64,000 bases of DNA from positions 938,954-1,002,953 of the forward strand of contig CM120644.1 of NCBI GenBank assembly GCA_051362555.1, in the 5' to 3' direction. The notes under the pieces are model-generated. The model worked only from the letters and a program-made list of their open reading frames with translations, did not search any database and was not told the DNA's origin. The stretch is from Lingula anatina. Lineage: Eukaryota > Animalia > Brachiopoda. The position numbers and the translations under genes are program-made. Each line of letters opens with the position of its first letter. Position 1 is the stretch's first letter. Shown here one piece after another: positions 53,156-64,000 of this stretch.

Positions 53156-54416
53156 CAATCTGTTATTTACTCCTGGTGTGTCATCAAATGTGACGCATAG
53201 CCTTCAATATGAAGAGTAACGCGTGTTATAGATAATAATTACATACCTAGTCTGCCTATAATCAAACCCGTGAATGAATATCACTTATTGAACTTGAATA
53301 TAAAATATGTATATTTTTGTTGATATAAAACTGTGAGACCATATCCCAGTTCTTTCACTTCTAGGAACTGTAAATGTTTGTCTAACTTCACGCAAATTAA
53401 GTTTGATTCTAGGGTTTCAGAAGATATGTGAGTCAAAACAAAGTCTATAAGTCAAGGAGAATCGTAAAAAAAAAGATTACTCCTGACAGTGACAGATTGT
53501 AGATGTTTTTAAATAGGTGTCCTTTATTTAGGAAGACTGAATATTTAAGCCTTTTAAACTATAACGTTTAGAATTGACCACGTCCAAATCTTATCCTTTA
53601 AATCCTCTCTCGTCTGAGTGTGGATGCAGTGGTGCGGTCTGTTACTGATAAGGGTAACGATACAAAATATTGATTTTGTGCATTCAGGTAAATAATTAAA
53701 GCATCGCTTATTTAGGAATTCATACTTTTCGGACTAAAGATTAGCATCATCCAGCCTCTGACTTGTTAAATTTTTTATGTCATCTATCGTCACCACGATC
53801 GTATCAGCGGTGTGGTTATCACAGTGGAAGTCTGAAATTGACTTTTTGAAATGATTACATCATAGCTATATTTTGATGTGTAATCAAGTTTGTTTTTCTT
53901 TATCAATAAAACTGATACCCCAACTTTATCAGAGTAGTTTTTTTCTTTATTTTAGATAAATGCCCATGCTGTTTTAAGACAGATGGAATACATTTGTATA
54001 ATTGAATCTCACAAACAAATTAACAAATAAATGAATAAGAGTTAAATAGATCTAGAACGAGAGATAGGGTCACGCGTGACAGGGCTCACACAGCATAAAT
54101 AGATGAATAAAAAAGTCCACATTGTTTTTGTAGTTAAATTATTTTTTTTCTGGATCGGTTGTTTGATGCCCAGTTTAATGTACTGAGAAACTAGTTGAAA
54201 AATTTTACACAAGATAAAGTCAACATGCTGGCTACCGCGTCGTAGGTTATAGGCCTAATTCAAAGCGATGTTTTTTTTTCACTCTGGTTGCATCATTTGT
54301 ATCAAACTGCATGAATGCAAAAAGTTATTATTTGGACAGGCGGTGTTTTAAAAAAATGGCAGTTCCCACACGTCTTGTGCAAGTGAACTGATCATAACTG
54401 TGGGGTTTGAATTTAA

Positions 54417-54731
54417 AGGGATAATACATGTAACTCTTCGTATGAGAATAACCCATAGAAATATAATATATTCTGTTTACCACAAAAACGGCAGTTAAAG
54501 CTATTATTCTGATATCTGAGCTTGTCTTTAGACCACATGACCTCCTTTGATGGCTATATTCTGTTATAATCTCTTAAGAGATTTTAACAGAAAACCAAAC
54601 TTTTTAGAAAAAGAAAAGGGACTAACTTTGAATGTAAAATTGGATTCATTAACCATTGGTAAGTATGGGAAAAATTGTTGTTTACTCCAGGAAAATTCAT
54701 TTTTTGGCTGAAACGAAGAGTTATTATCCCT
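54417..54731. mobile_element. Kolobok-like MITE, reverse-orientation copy of 23096-23432
   Basis: ttaa|agggataata ... gttattatccct|ttaa; the interior matches the reverse complement of 23096-23432. Confidence 0.8.
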
Positions 54732-56408
54732 TTAAAATCGTGTAATGCTGAAGGCCAGGCTTAGGAGAATGTGGTAGCGAAGCTAGTTTCACAGTTAACA
54801 CATTCAGTATTCCGCCGAACCCGTGCGGTGATAATGGTACAAATGGTGCTATTGTTACGTGTAAAGTAAATATCGCCAGGATCAGTAAATATCCCTGATG
54901 TGATAAATTATTCACACATGTCAACAAATAATTTCGCTATAATAGTGCATGATCGTATTATTAGCACTGTTACAATTATGGTAAATGTAAATGTAGTATT
55001 TTAATTTTCCAACTGGGGGTACAGCATATGAATGTATGTTTTTAGGAAAAAGGGACAATTTCCTATAGGATCCTATAGGAAATCTTATAGGATCCTATAG
55101 GAAATCTTATAGGAACCTATAGAAATATAATAGTGCATGATCGTATTATTAGCACTGGTACAATTATGGTAAATGTAAATGTAGTATTTTAATTTTCAAA
55201 CTGGGGGTACAACATATGAATGTATGTTTTTAGGAAAAAGGGACAATTTCCTATAGGATCCTATAGGAAATCTTATAGGATCCTATAGGAAATCTTATAG
55301 GAACCTATAGAAATTCATATTAACTGCTTTGAATATTTTTATAGCTTTTTATATATTGTTGGATCTTTGGCAAAATTGGTAATAGGCACTGGTCCCTCAA
55401 AACAAAAGAGAATATCATGTTTACATTCTTTATTCAATATGTATAAATGTATGTACATATTCCACAGTATGGTATGCAACCAGCTTACTAGAGAATTGTT
55501 TTATAGATTTTTTGCAAATTTAACGGTGCTGCTACTGCTTTTGAATTATAGGTTCTATAAGTTATCACAAGTATCCAATATGTCTTGTCAAGCTGTGGCG
55601 TCACTGTCTTTTTCTTGTGTGAGTTCGAACTCCTTCCAGAATGAGTGGCTAAAACCTCCCTTGGCCAGACCGTGTCCATTGTCAGCATACTGCTTTAGTC
55701 ACTTAATAATTGAAGAATTTCAGACAAAAGTCTTTTGCACATTGTTCAACTTTACTGTGATAAGTCTTTTGCACATTGTTCAACTTTACTGTGATGGCCT
55801 TCTTAACCTCTGAATTGTGTTGAACCATTTGCGGATGTATTCTGAAAGATAGACATTGTGAATTTCAATTAATTGTACATGTCTACAAAAATGCAAAATG
55901 ATGAAGGAAAAATTTTCTAATGAGATCAATAATAATCATTGCACCAATTCTATTTTGAGCAATTCATAGCCTTTATTAGTTAACTGAATTTTTTTCAAAG
56001 ACAAGGTATTAAAGCTGGATAATTTGTAAAAAAATATATAAAGAACATGAACATATTTCATAGGACCAAGTCCACAGGAACAATCAGAAATGAATTTTAA
56101 AATGCAGACATTTGCAGTGGAGAAAACTCTACTCTGGTTAAATATGCAATTGGGCCATTACAGAGCTGCCAGGGCCAAAAATGTCCCAAAAACTATAAGA
56201 AAACTTATTTCCGAGGGTAAACAGTAATTCCCTATTCTCACCAGTCTTTGCTTGACCTAAATCATCAGTCCAAACCAAAAAAAAAGCAATCCCCAAGTTA
56301 AAATTTAAAACTTTTGTGTACGCAAAATGGTCAGATTTTCACAATGCACATTTCATTTCCATTATGTATAGGTTAGCAAAAAATATTTTTAAACAAACTA
56401 TGGTGTTT

Positions 56409-56456
56409 CATCATCATCATCATCATTGCTCTTCGTCCCGCGTGGGACATAAGGCC
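56409..56456 (-). mobile_element. Extremely 5'-truncated RTE-type LINE 3' end
   Basis: Minus strand ggccttatgtcccacgcgggacgaagagca followed by (atg)n tail; perfect 12-bp TSD actatggtgttt at 56397-56408 and 56457-56468. Confidence 0.8.
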
Positions 56457-56842
56457 ACTATGGTGTTTACCTCACATTAAGGGTTGAAAAGAAATTAAAG
56501 GGAAAGAAAACTTGGCAAATAAACGATCCTGAAGAACGTGTGAGGTAATGAAATTTGCCCTGACAGCCCCTCTAACATGTTCATTGTATGTTATTTATTA
56601 GCATGGGTCTTCCTCAGTTATATATCATGATGGTCCCTTGGAGGCAGTTGTGGATAACATTAAATAGATAATTTTTAATAAATCACAAACCAAAAGTTAA
56701 ATGAAATGTCATTTTTTTTAGATTCAACTGCATTTAAAGAAATATGAACAATTGATCACAGTTTTATAAGAAATAAAAAGACTAAACAATGATTGCTTTA
56801 TGTATCCTTGTTTCTTCATTATAAATTATAACTTGTTTAATG

Positions 56843-56911
<69 letters not shown>

Positions 56912-56915
<4 letters not shown>

Positions 56916-58572
56916 CTTGACATTTAATATGGAATATTTTTTTCCAAGTAATTTTTTATCGTTTTTTTCCTATTTTGCTGACTGATAAATAAAAATAAGG
57001 ATTAAAATCGTGTTTTAATAACTTTAAATTATCGCTTTGATGTCATTGGGACATCAATTCATTAATGGAATTCGCCAGAGAAGCAAACAAAAACACATTG
57101 CCTATTCTATGCCATACGACTTCCATTAAAAGAGATATTTTGGATCTCCATATTTTCCAAATTATCTTCTGTAAAAGAGTTATACGCTCCATAAAAGACC
57201 CTCATGTCAATTGCTAGTCACAAGAATGGTCGCTGTTACGCCTGGCCTCTTCTGGCTGTTGCCAGCTCTCTCGGGCGGCAAGGCATTCCTTGGGGTAGGT
57301 TTTTAGAGTTCAATCGGGAATAATATTCTAGGCATCGGTCTAAAATTGTCCAATTTGGTCCAGTTTTGTTGTAGGACATGTAGGCAGTTGATTCGGCGAG
57401 TAATGGCCTACCGAAATATTGTCTATGTGGTTCAAATGTGGCGATTTTGATGACCAGGGTAGCTTCTCATTCCCTTGGTTCTGTAAGTTATCTGCTATTA
57501 AAAGTGCTCTGTGTGAACCGGCAACCTCACCGTGCAACCTAAAATCGTTCCTAAGGTGTCCCCTATCAAATGATAGTCAAGTGGTTCCGAGATTATCCCT
57601 TAATTTGATCTGGTTCAGGTTTTCGTCGATGACTACCATTGGTGTTTTGGCACCAATGTGGTATCCACTCCAAATACTGACGCTGTCAATCACCCTTGTC
57701 ACTTTAGACCCGGCATATGCTTCGTCGTAGGTCTCTTCTGGACAACTGTAAACTCTGTTTTGACTAATTGGGCGGTACAGGTGAAATCTGACCTCAATAA
57801 AGAAAGTCACGCAGTTTCAGTGTTCTACCCAGAAACGGCCATGGCCCCCAATTCATTAGAGAAACAGACGACGATGTTTTGCTGTTTACAGTGGGTGCCT
57901 CGGAGGTCGTTTGGTGTTCTTACCTGCTAAAACCAGTTTGGTGTTCGCTAAGGGCTTTGAAAAACGCATTTTGGTGGCAATTTACCCCTCGTTCTGAACG
58001 GACTAAGTGTTTTTTGTTTAGTTGCAGCAGCGTATCCCGAAAGACAGTGGGTCCTGTACCCTGTAGGTAAGATTTTGATACATTGGGGGTGACCTCTGTG
58101 TAGGTGCATCAGTCTGGGCATTACTCTTTAAAACTGTGGGGACCGTTCCGTTTGGCGCTATGATCTGTCTGGTAATGTCTGTCTTTTTCGCGCCATTCTG
58201 CCATAGATTAACAAATTTGTAATGCACTACTTGACTCATCTTACGCACTGCAAAACTGACCGCTTGCATGCAAAATTTCAAATTCTTCTATGCAGTGGTT
58301 GCCGACATATAGGTACTTTTTTGACAGAACCAAGCTTTGCCTAAGCCAAGCTTTGACCAGCCTAAAGGAACACTACCCAACTAAATCACTACATATTACA
58401 TAATATAGCAGCGCAACAGACATGAAAGTCAGTTAATTGGTAGCGACACACCTGACTACACACTTCTCCATTCACAAATCTTATATGAGATCGGAGTTTT
58501 TTGAAAAAAGAACGCATTTTTACCTAGACATACCTTCGAAACTGAAATATTCCATATTAAATGTCAAGTCTG
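56912..58572 (-). mobile_element. Tc1/mariner element with decayed transposase, copy 2, inserted in a (TA)n tract
   Basis: Same TIR and colinear interior as 25391-27052; flanked by (TA)n on both sides. Confidence 0.92.
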
Positions 58573-59712
58573 TATATATATATATATATATATGATGTTT
58601 ACAAGGTACACTACAAATTAGATCAATTAATTATCTTATTTTCAATTTGATGAGATGTCCAAATGATCCAATGCATTACTGTAATACATACCTTCCTTAA
58701 TCCGATTTTTCTACACTTAATTTTCATTTTCTACACTTAATTTTCATACTATGCTTCCACTATGCTCCTGAATTTAAACTGTCTTGATAGCTGTATACTC
58801 ATTTTCTGCTTGTCTCATATAAACAAAGACTTAGACAGGATACCACACATCTGATAACACCTAATAGGCGGTTACTGGAGTAGTGACCTAATAATAGGTG
58901 CCAGGCTAACAAAAGAAATTCACAGTTGTTGAATCTGTGGTTATGGCTGGTGGAGTAGGGCATTCTCTAGCTAACATCAGTTGACTGTTAAACCTTACAA
59001 GTGACTGAGCATGGTTTATAATAAAATGTATCTTTATAAACATATTAAATTGTCCTCGTTTCCCATTCTTATGAGGGACAGTACTATACCCATAATGTTC
59101 ACTTATGCTTTTACATTATATTTTATATATTAGGCAGGATTGCACTTTTACTTTTTAAAACAGCCAAGGTCAAGTAAAATCCGATTAGATAAGGTTGAAG
59201 TTCAATATAATAGAAGAAATATGAAGAAAGTGAATATGATCACACAAAAAGTAAAAATACATTATATACTGATATTAAGACCAGTTTCATTATTTTTCAT
59301 TCAACCCGGCTTTATAAAAAATCACAATATGAATTAGCATAGGATTTCCTATAGGTTCCTATAGAAATTCCTATAAGATTTCCTATAGGATCCTCCAGGA
59401 ATTTTTGTAATGGTCTGAAAATATATTAAAAATGAAAATTATATACTGATATTTAAACCAGATTCATTATTTTTCATATAACCCGTCCTTATAAAAATTC
59501 CCTATATGAATTAGCGTAGGAGTTCCTATAGGTTCCTATAGAAATTCCTATTAGATTTCCTATAGGATCCTATAGGAATTTTTGTAATGGTATGAACATA
59601 AATAAAAAATAAAAATTATATACTAATATTTAGACTAGATTCATTATTTTTATTCAACCCGCCCTTATAAAAATTCCTTATATGAATTATCATAGGGTTT
59701 CCTATAGGTTCC

Positions 59713-61272
59713 AATAGCGCCAGTATAATGTAAAGTGCATTCGATTGTAACGAGTAAACACAGCTGTATAGTACGTAATTGCCTCTAGCAGTGACACTTG
59801 GTCATCTGCCTGATTTGCATGTAAATAAACGCTGAGTGCCTTGTCGGCACTTGAGGTATATGATTTGGACACTAAAGACGTGTTTGTTTGCTTCCTGTCA
59901 TGGCGTGGTGGCAGCGGTATTTTTAAACCCTTACGAAAATGTCCTATAGGATCCTATAGGAAATTGGGCCAATTTCCTATAGGATCCTATAGGATCCTAT
60001 AGGACTTTTTCGTTAGGGAAAGTTCGTAACTACGTACGTCAGAGATACATTTGAAAATGGCTAGTACAAGCACAAGTTCACTTAGAGCACCAAAGCAATG
60101 GGTGCTTACAAAAACAGAGACAATAGGATCCTTCGAGAAGTGGAAGCAAAATCTCGAGTTTCTGCTCTCACAAGATGCAACATTTTCGCACTTTTTGTCA
60201 AGTAGTGTGACATGGTTGAAGAAAACCAAACAAAATTCTCTACGCGGATTTGTCGACGACGACGATACCATTTCTGAGAGACAAATTACGACGCACAGCA
60301 CAACAAAAGGTAACCCAATTAGAGGCTATACTAAATCAAATAGCCAACTTTTGTCCAGTAATTTCACGTGGATCTATTGTGAAAAGCTCTACCAGTCTGA
60401 ATTCTGTTTGGCAGTCTATTCGGTTACACTTTGGTTTTCAATCAACCGGCGCTCACTTTCTAGACTTTGCGCAAATAAAACTTGAACCCGACGAGAGGCC
60501 GGAGGATTTATATCAGCGTTTAATGGCGTTTGTAGAAGACAATTTGCTCACCGCCGATGGTGGTATTACTCATCACAACGAGGTTATGACAGACGACGAA
60601 GAAATTTCGCCTTCTTTAGAAAACTTTGTCATACTCACCTGGTTGAAGTTAATTCACAAAGATTTGCCCTTGCTAGTGAAAGAGCGATACGGAACGGAGT
60701 TACGATCTCGAACTCTCGCTTCAATCAAACCTGAAATATCTCAAGCTTTAGATTCATTATTGGATCAATTGAATTCTCACGAGGAAATTCGTGCCATGAG
60801 AGCAATTACAAAGCAAAAACCCAAAATGTTCTCTCCCGTGAAGGAGCACGGTCCTATTTTCAACGCAAAAAAACGTTCTTGCCCGCTTTGTAAACAGGCC
60901 GGTCGACAACGCTACGATCATTTTCTCAGCACTTGCAAATTTTTACCCGAGCAAGATAAACTTTACATCACCAGGACTCACCAGGTTATGTGCAATGAAG
61001 AGTCATCCTCTGATGAGGAAATTGTTGTAGCAGACGTGTCTACCAACACAAATTTTGAGATTCCCAGCGCAGAGGTTCAACGTGTCCGCATTAGTCCTTC
61101 GCCATGCTTCGATGCTTATCACAATCAACACCCGGTTCATTTAACACTCGATTGTAGTGCCGAGTCTAATTTGATAAGTCAGACTACTGCAATAGAGATA
61201 GGAGCGCCCATCTTACCTAACAAGTCACAAACAGCCAGCCAGGCAGACGGGAAATCCACCTTGAACGTTATA
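59713..61272 (+). mobile_element. Truncated Gypsy LTR retrotransposon (LTR remnant, tRNA-Leu-like PBS, gag and protease start)
   Basis: AATAAA near 59824, PBS TGGTGGCAGCGGT 59906-59918, gag from ATG 60057 (RAPKQWVLTKTETIGSFEKWKQNL) with one frameshift near 60280, CPLC..H..C knuckle, aspartic protease-like LTLDCSAESNLI; homology stops at about 61272. Confidence 0.85.
59928..60018. mobile_element. 91-bp near-perfect palindromic mini-element (CCC...GGG termini, 2-bp AA flanks) in the Gypsy leader
   Basis: cccttacgaaaa.gtcctataggatcctataggaaattgg-g-ccaatttcctataggatcctatagga..ctttttcgttaggg. Confidence 0.75.
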
Positions 61273-61314
61273 CAGTGGTCGGAAAAATTTTGTTTCCGTT
61301 GTACACCGGTGTAA
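60057..61314 (+). pseudogene. Gypsy gag-protease pseudogene
   Basis: ORFs 60051-60485 and 60250-61314 overlap in different frames; RT, RNase H and integrase are absent. Confidence 0.8.
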
Positions 61315-64000
61315 CAACGTTCGAAATGTTTTAATCCCTATCTTGTGAATAGAAGGGGGCGGACAGACAATGGAGGGCCGTATAAATCCCTTCAAAATTC
61401 GAACGCACAAACACAATAGCTTAGGTGGAATAACACAATACTTAATACGAGTGAACCCCATGACGCCGGTTTCTGTGGCCCAGCGCGAGCGTGACAATCC
61501 GCTGTAACTAGGTGTAATTAACAGCAGGATACTTCAGCCAGAAGGTCCCTATTGTTTGTTGCGGCGATAGGATTATAGCTTGAAGAGGCTAAACCCATGC
61601 TAAGGCGTGCCACGCGAAGCGAACTGTCCTTTTGTTCACTAGTTTGGCACGCGCAGCTGGTTTTTAGTGTTGCTAACAAACTGCTAGTTAAAATTTGTTA
61701 TCAATTATTTCATCCTATATGAAATTTCCGCAGTCAAAAATTGAACTAATTATTGTTTCTTTGGTTGAAATGCATGAGCGTCAGCATCAATCTGTCTCAA
61801 AAAATTCCTATTGCATTAATTTATAAATGTATAATTTATTTATGTACTTACGTTCTAATTTGAAATATCTGCATTCAAGCGTTCAAGTATTTATAAAACA
61901 TGAATGATAAGGAAAGAGGAATAAGGAAATAACATATTACTTATATTATGCTTATATTATAATATTGAAATTAAATGAGGTGCATTGACATAGGCGCAAT
62001 GACAATCCAACTACAACGTGCAACAGGGGGAAGTCTGGCTGTATGATCATACAATATACGAAAGTACGGTCAATTAAAAGTGTAAATCATCAGTTAAAGA
62101 GGAGGGGGTCTTACTATAGCTCGCTATCTATTGTTAAACCCGACTGTTATTATCTCTCGAACAAGCTTAAAGCATGCCTATACAATTACTGGGTCTCCGG
62201 CTGCCGTTCAGAAACACCATGTCGAACATAATTTGCTACAGTGAGAAACATGGTACACTAGCGACTTGCTTTAGATCACTCAAGAAAGGATGCATACGTG
62301 CGACACCAGAGGAAAAACAATCAAGTATGCATCTGATCCATTAATAGTAATTGCACAGTGCATGTTACTAGACCTTTGTCCTAACTCAGTAGTTAGGAAT
62401 AGGATATTTGGATAAAAAGCTTCTATTCAACTCGCTTAGACCTAGGGCGTGATGCTATCATCCGATGAAACACGTAACTGAACCCTCTACCTGAACCTGA
62501 AGTCCCTTTAGCTGAAACAAAAACTGCCCCTTGAACATGTCCATTTTTTAATCGTCAAATGATTTGTGATTTCATTGAACGTCTTTGATCGAAAGCTTTC
62601 AAGTGACAATAACCGAACCGTGTGTTGATTATTTATTAAAGCGTAATTAAGTTTATTCAACATGATCTATTTTGTAAACGATACTTGCCAAGATTGAGCT
62701 TGGATTGATCACCGTCACTATTTAGCTACTCGCCTATAATGCGTGCTGAAAGACAGACAACTTAAAAATATTATCTGTGTAACTGTGCAAATGAACGCAT
62801 TTAGTTAAAATATAACGAAGCCGGCATTTAATCCATCGAACATATTTATATTTGTTCTTTTAAAACCAGTGTAAGGTTAACGCCAAATCAAAGCAAGCCT
62901 TGCAGACTGGTTTTGTTTAAACTGTCGTGCATCTAGTAAAGCTAAGTAAAGCCTGTTTCTACTTCGCAGTGTTCATCCCAGCCATAAAACTGCATGAAGG
63001 ATAACAAGACTCCGTAGACCTGTGCTTCAGGTTTCCAGGAGTCCCGTGTAACACAATAATATCGAAGGCCTGAGAGTAATACATATATGAGGCCGTGTTT
63101 GAAAGATTTAACAAATTAGAAATTCAAGAATTTAAACATGCTAGGTACATGCACATCACTTAATAAGTCATTTCACAAAAATCGCATCTAATTGTTTAGA
63201 TTAACCTTTACTTTTATCGATCTCATCACATTGTCTCAACCACCTAAAAGAAATATAGAGAACATGAGGAAAAGTAACACGTTTACAAGCAGGCGAAGGA
63301 GTTATACTTCAATATTAATCGCGAACAATATCAAAAGCGCCTAAAGACTGTTGCCTGTCTTTCACACTTTTACACAAACACACGAAGGTTTAATAAAGGG
63401 AGTCGCGGCGCGATATCTATCTCTTTCATTCGAACAAGCAAAGGGCTGACCCGAAGTAAGCTTTCTATACTAATGTCCTTTTTATTGTATATTGTAATTA
63501 CTCTACTTGCTTGCCTCCATTGTCTTGTAAAAGTGACAAAGAATGTATTGCATTCACACACGAGTTGAAAGAACTTTGCATAACTCCTTTGCCTTAAGTT
63601 GCATAATGTCTTTCTCAAGGTTATAATCAGTGTGAAGAGGGTGTCTTGCCTCATTTAAAAAGGGTGTTGTTCTTCATACTGGTTGTTGCTTAACTTATGC
63701 TAATCTTAAACTTTTTTTGTACCAATATGGTTTTAATAAATCGCCAAAATTATGAATTTAATGAACATTGTGTATCAAACTTTTTGATACGATTTAAATA
63801 AATGGACGAGGAGGATTAGGTTAGATTAGGTTCTATTTACCTCTGGCTTTAACTTCGCCCTGCTATATAAAAAAAAACTTTCTTATAGTGTTTTATGACA
63901 TATATGATTTACACATTTGATAGTGAAACACTCCTCGACTTTAACGAATCACCTGACGTAAACTGTCTACCCGCGCTCCCCGAAAAAACCGTTTCTTTTA

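Larger units (their letters stand above)
54938..59712. mobile_element. Probable large non-autonomous DNA element (CMC/EnSpm-like) bounded by inverted CCTATAGG-rich arrays
   Basis: Left 2 x 188 bp (54938-55313) and right about 3 x 180 bp (59255-59712) carry gatcctataggaaatcttatagg in opposite orientations; BEN-domain-like remnant on minus at 55580-55830; hosts Tc1 and RTE insertions. True termini not found. Confidence 0.5.

Noticed and set aside
51778-53158. Antisense and alternate-frame ORFs over the TRIM exon (also over gag at 20436-21545 and at 30081-30527)
   Set aside because: Shadow ORFs of real coding sequence with no independent motifs.

Overview
AT-rich, intron-rich eukaryotic DNA, most likely from a marine invertebrate (inferred from TE families and domain content; species not determined). 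Host genes reconstructed by eye from GT-AG exons with consistent phases: (1) a tandem pair of cytochrome b561 genes on +, the upstream copy broken by a MITE inside a coding exon and the downstream copy intact (241 aa); (2) a 19-exon secreted EGF/SRCR/MAM mosaic gene on - (about 859 aa); (3) a RING-less TRIM-NHL gene on + that carries an N-terminal CARD-like death-fold exon in the RING position (about 623 aa). Most of the rest is transposon-derived: an Ngaro-type DIRS retroelement with split direct repeats, an intronic Gypsy-derived LTR element reduced to an intact capsid-only gag ORF, a Ginger1-like element (TGTCA...TGACA, CCGG TSD), Tc1/mariner, Harbinger-, Kolobok- and CMC-like non-autonomous elements, a 48-bp RTE 3' end, a truncated Gypsy, and minisatellites. 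The best novelty candidates are the CARD-BBox-BBox-CC-NHL protein and the capsid-only gag. All calls come from reading the sequence; no searches were run.
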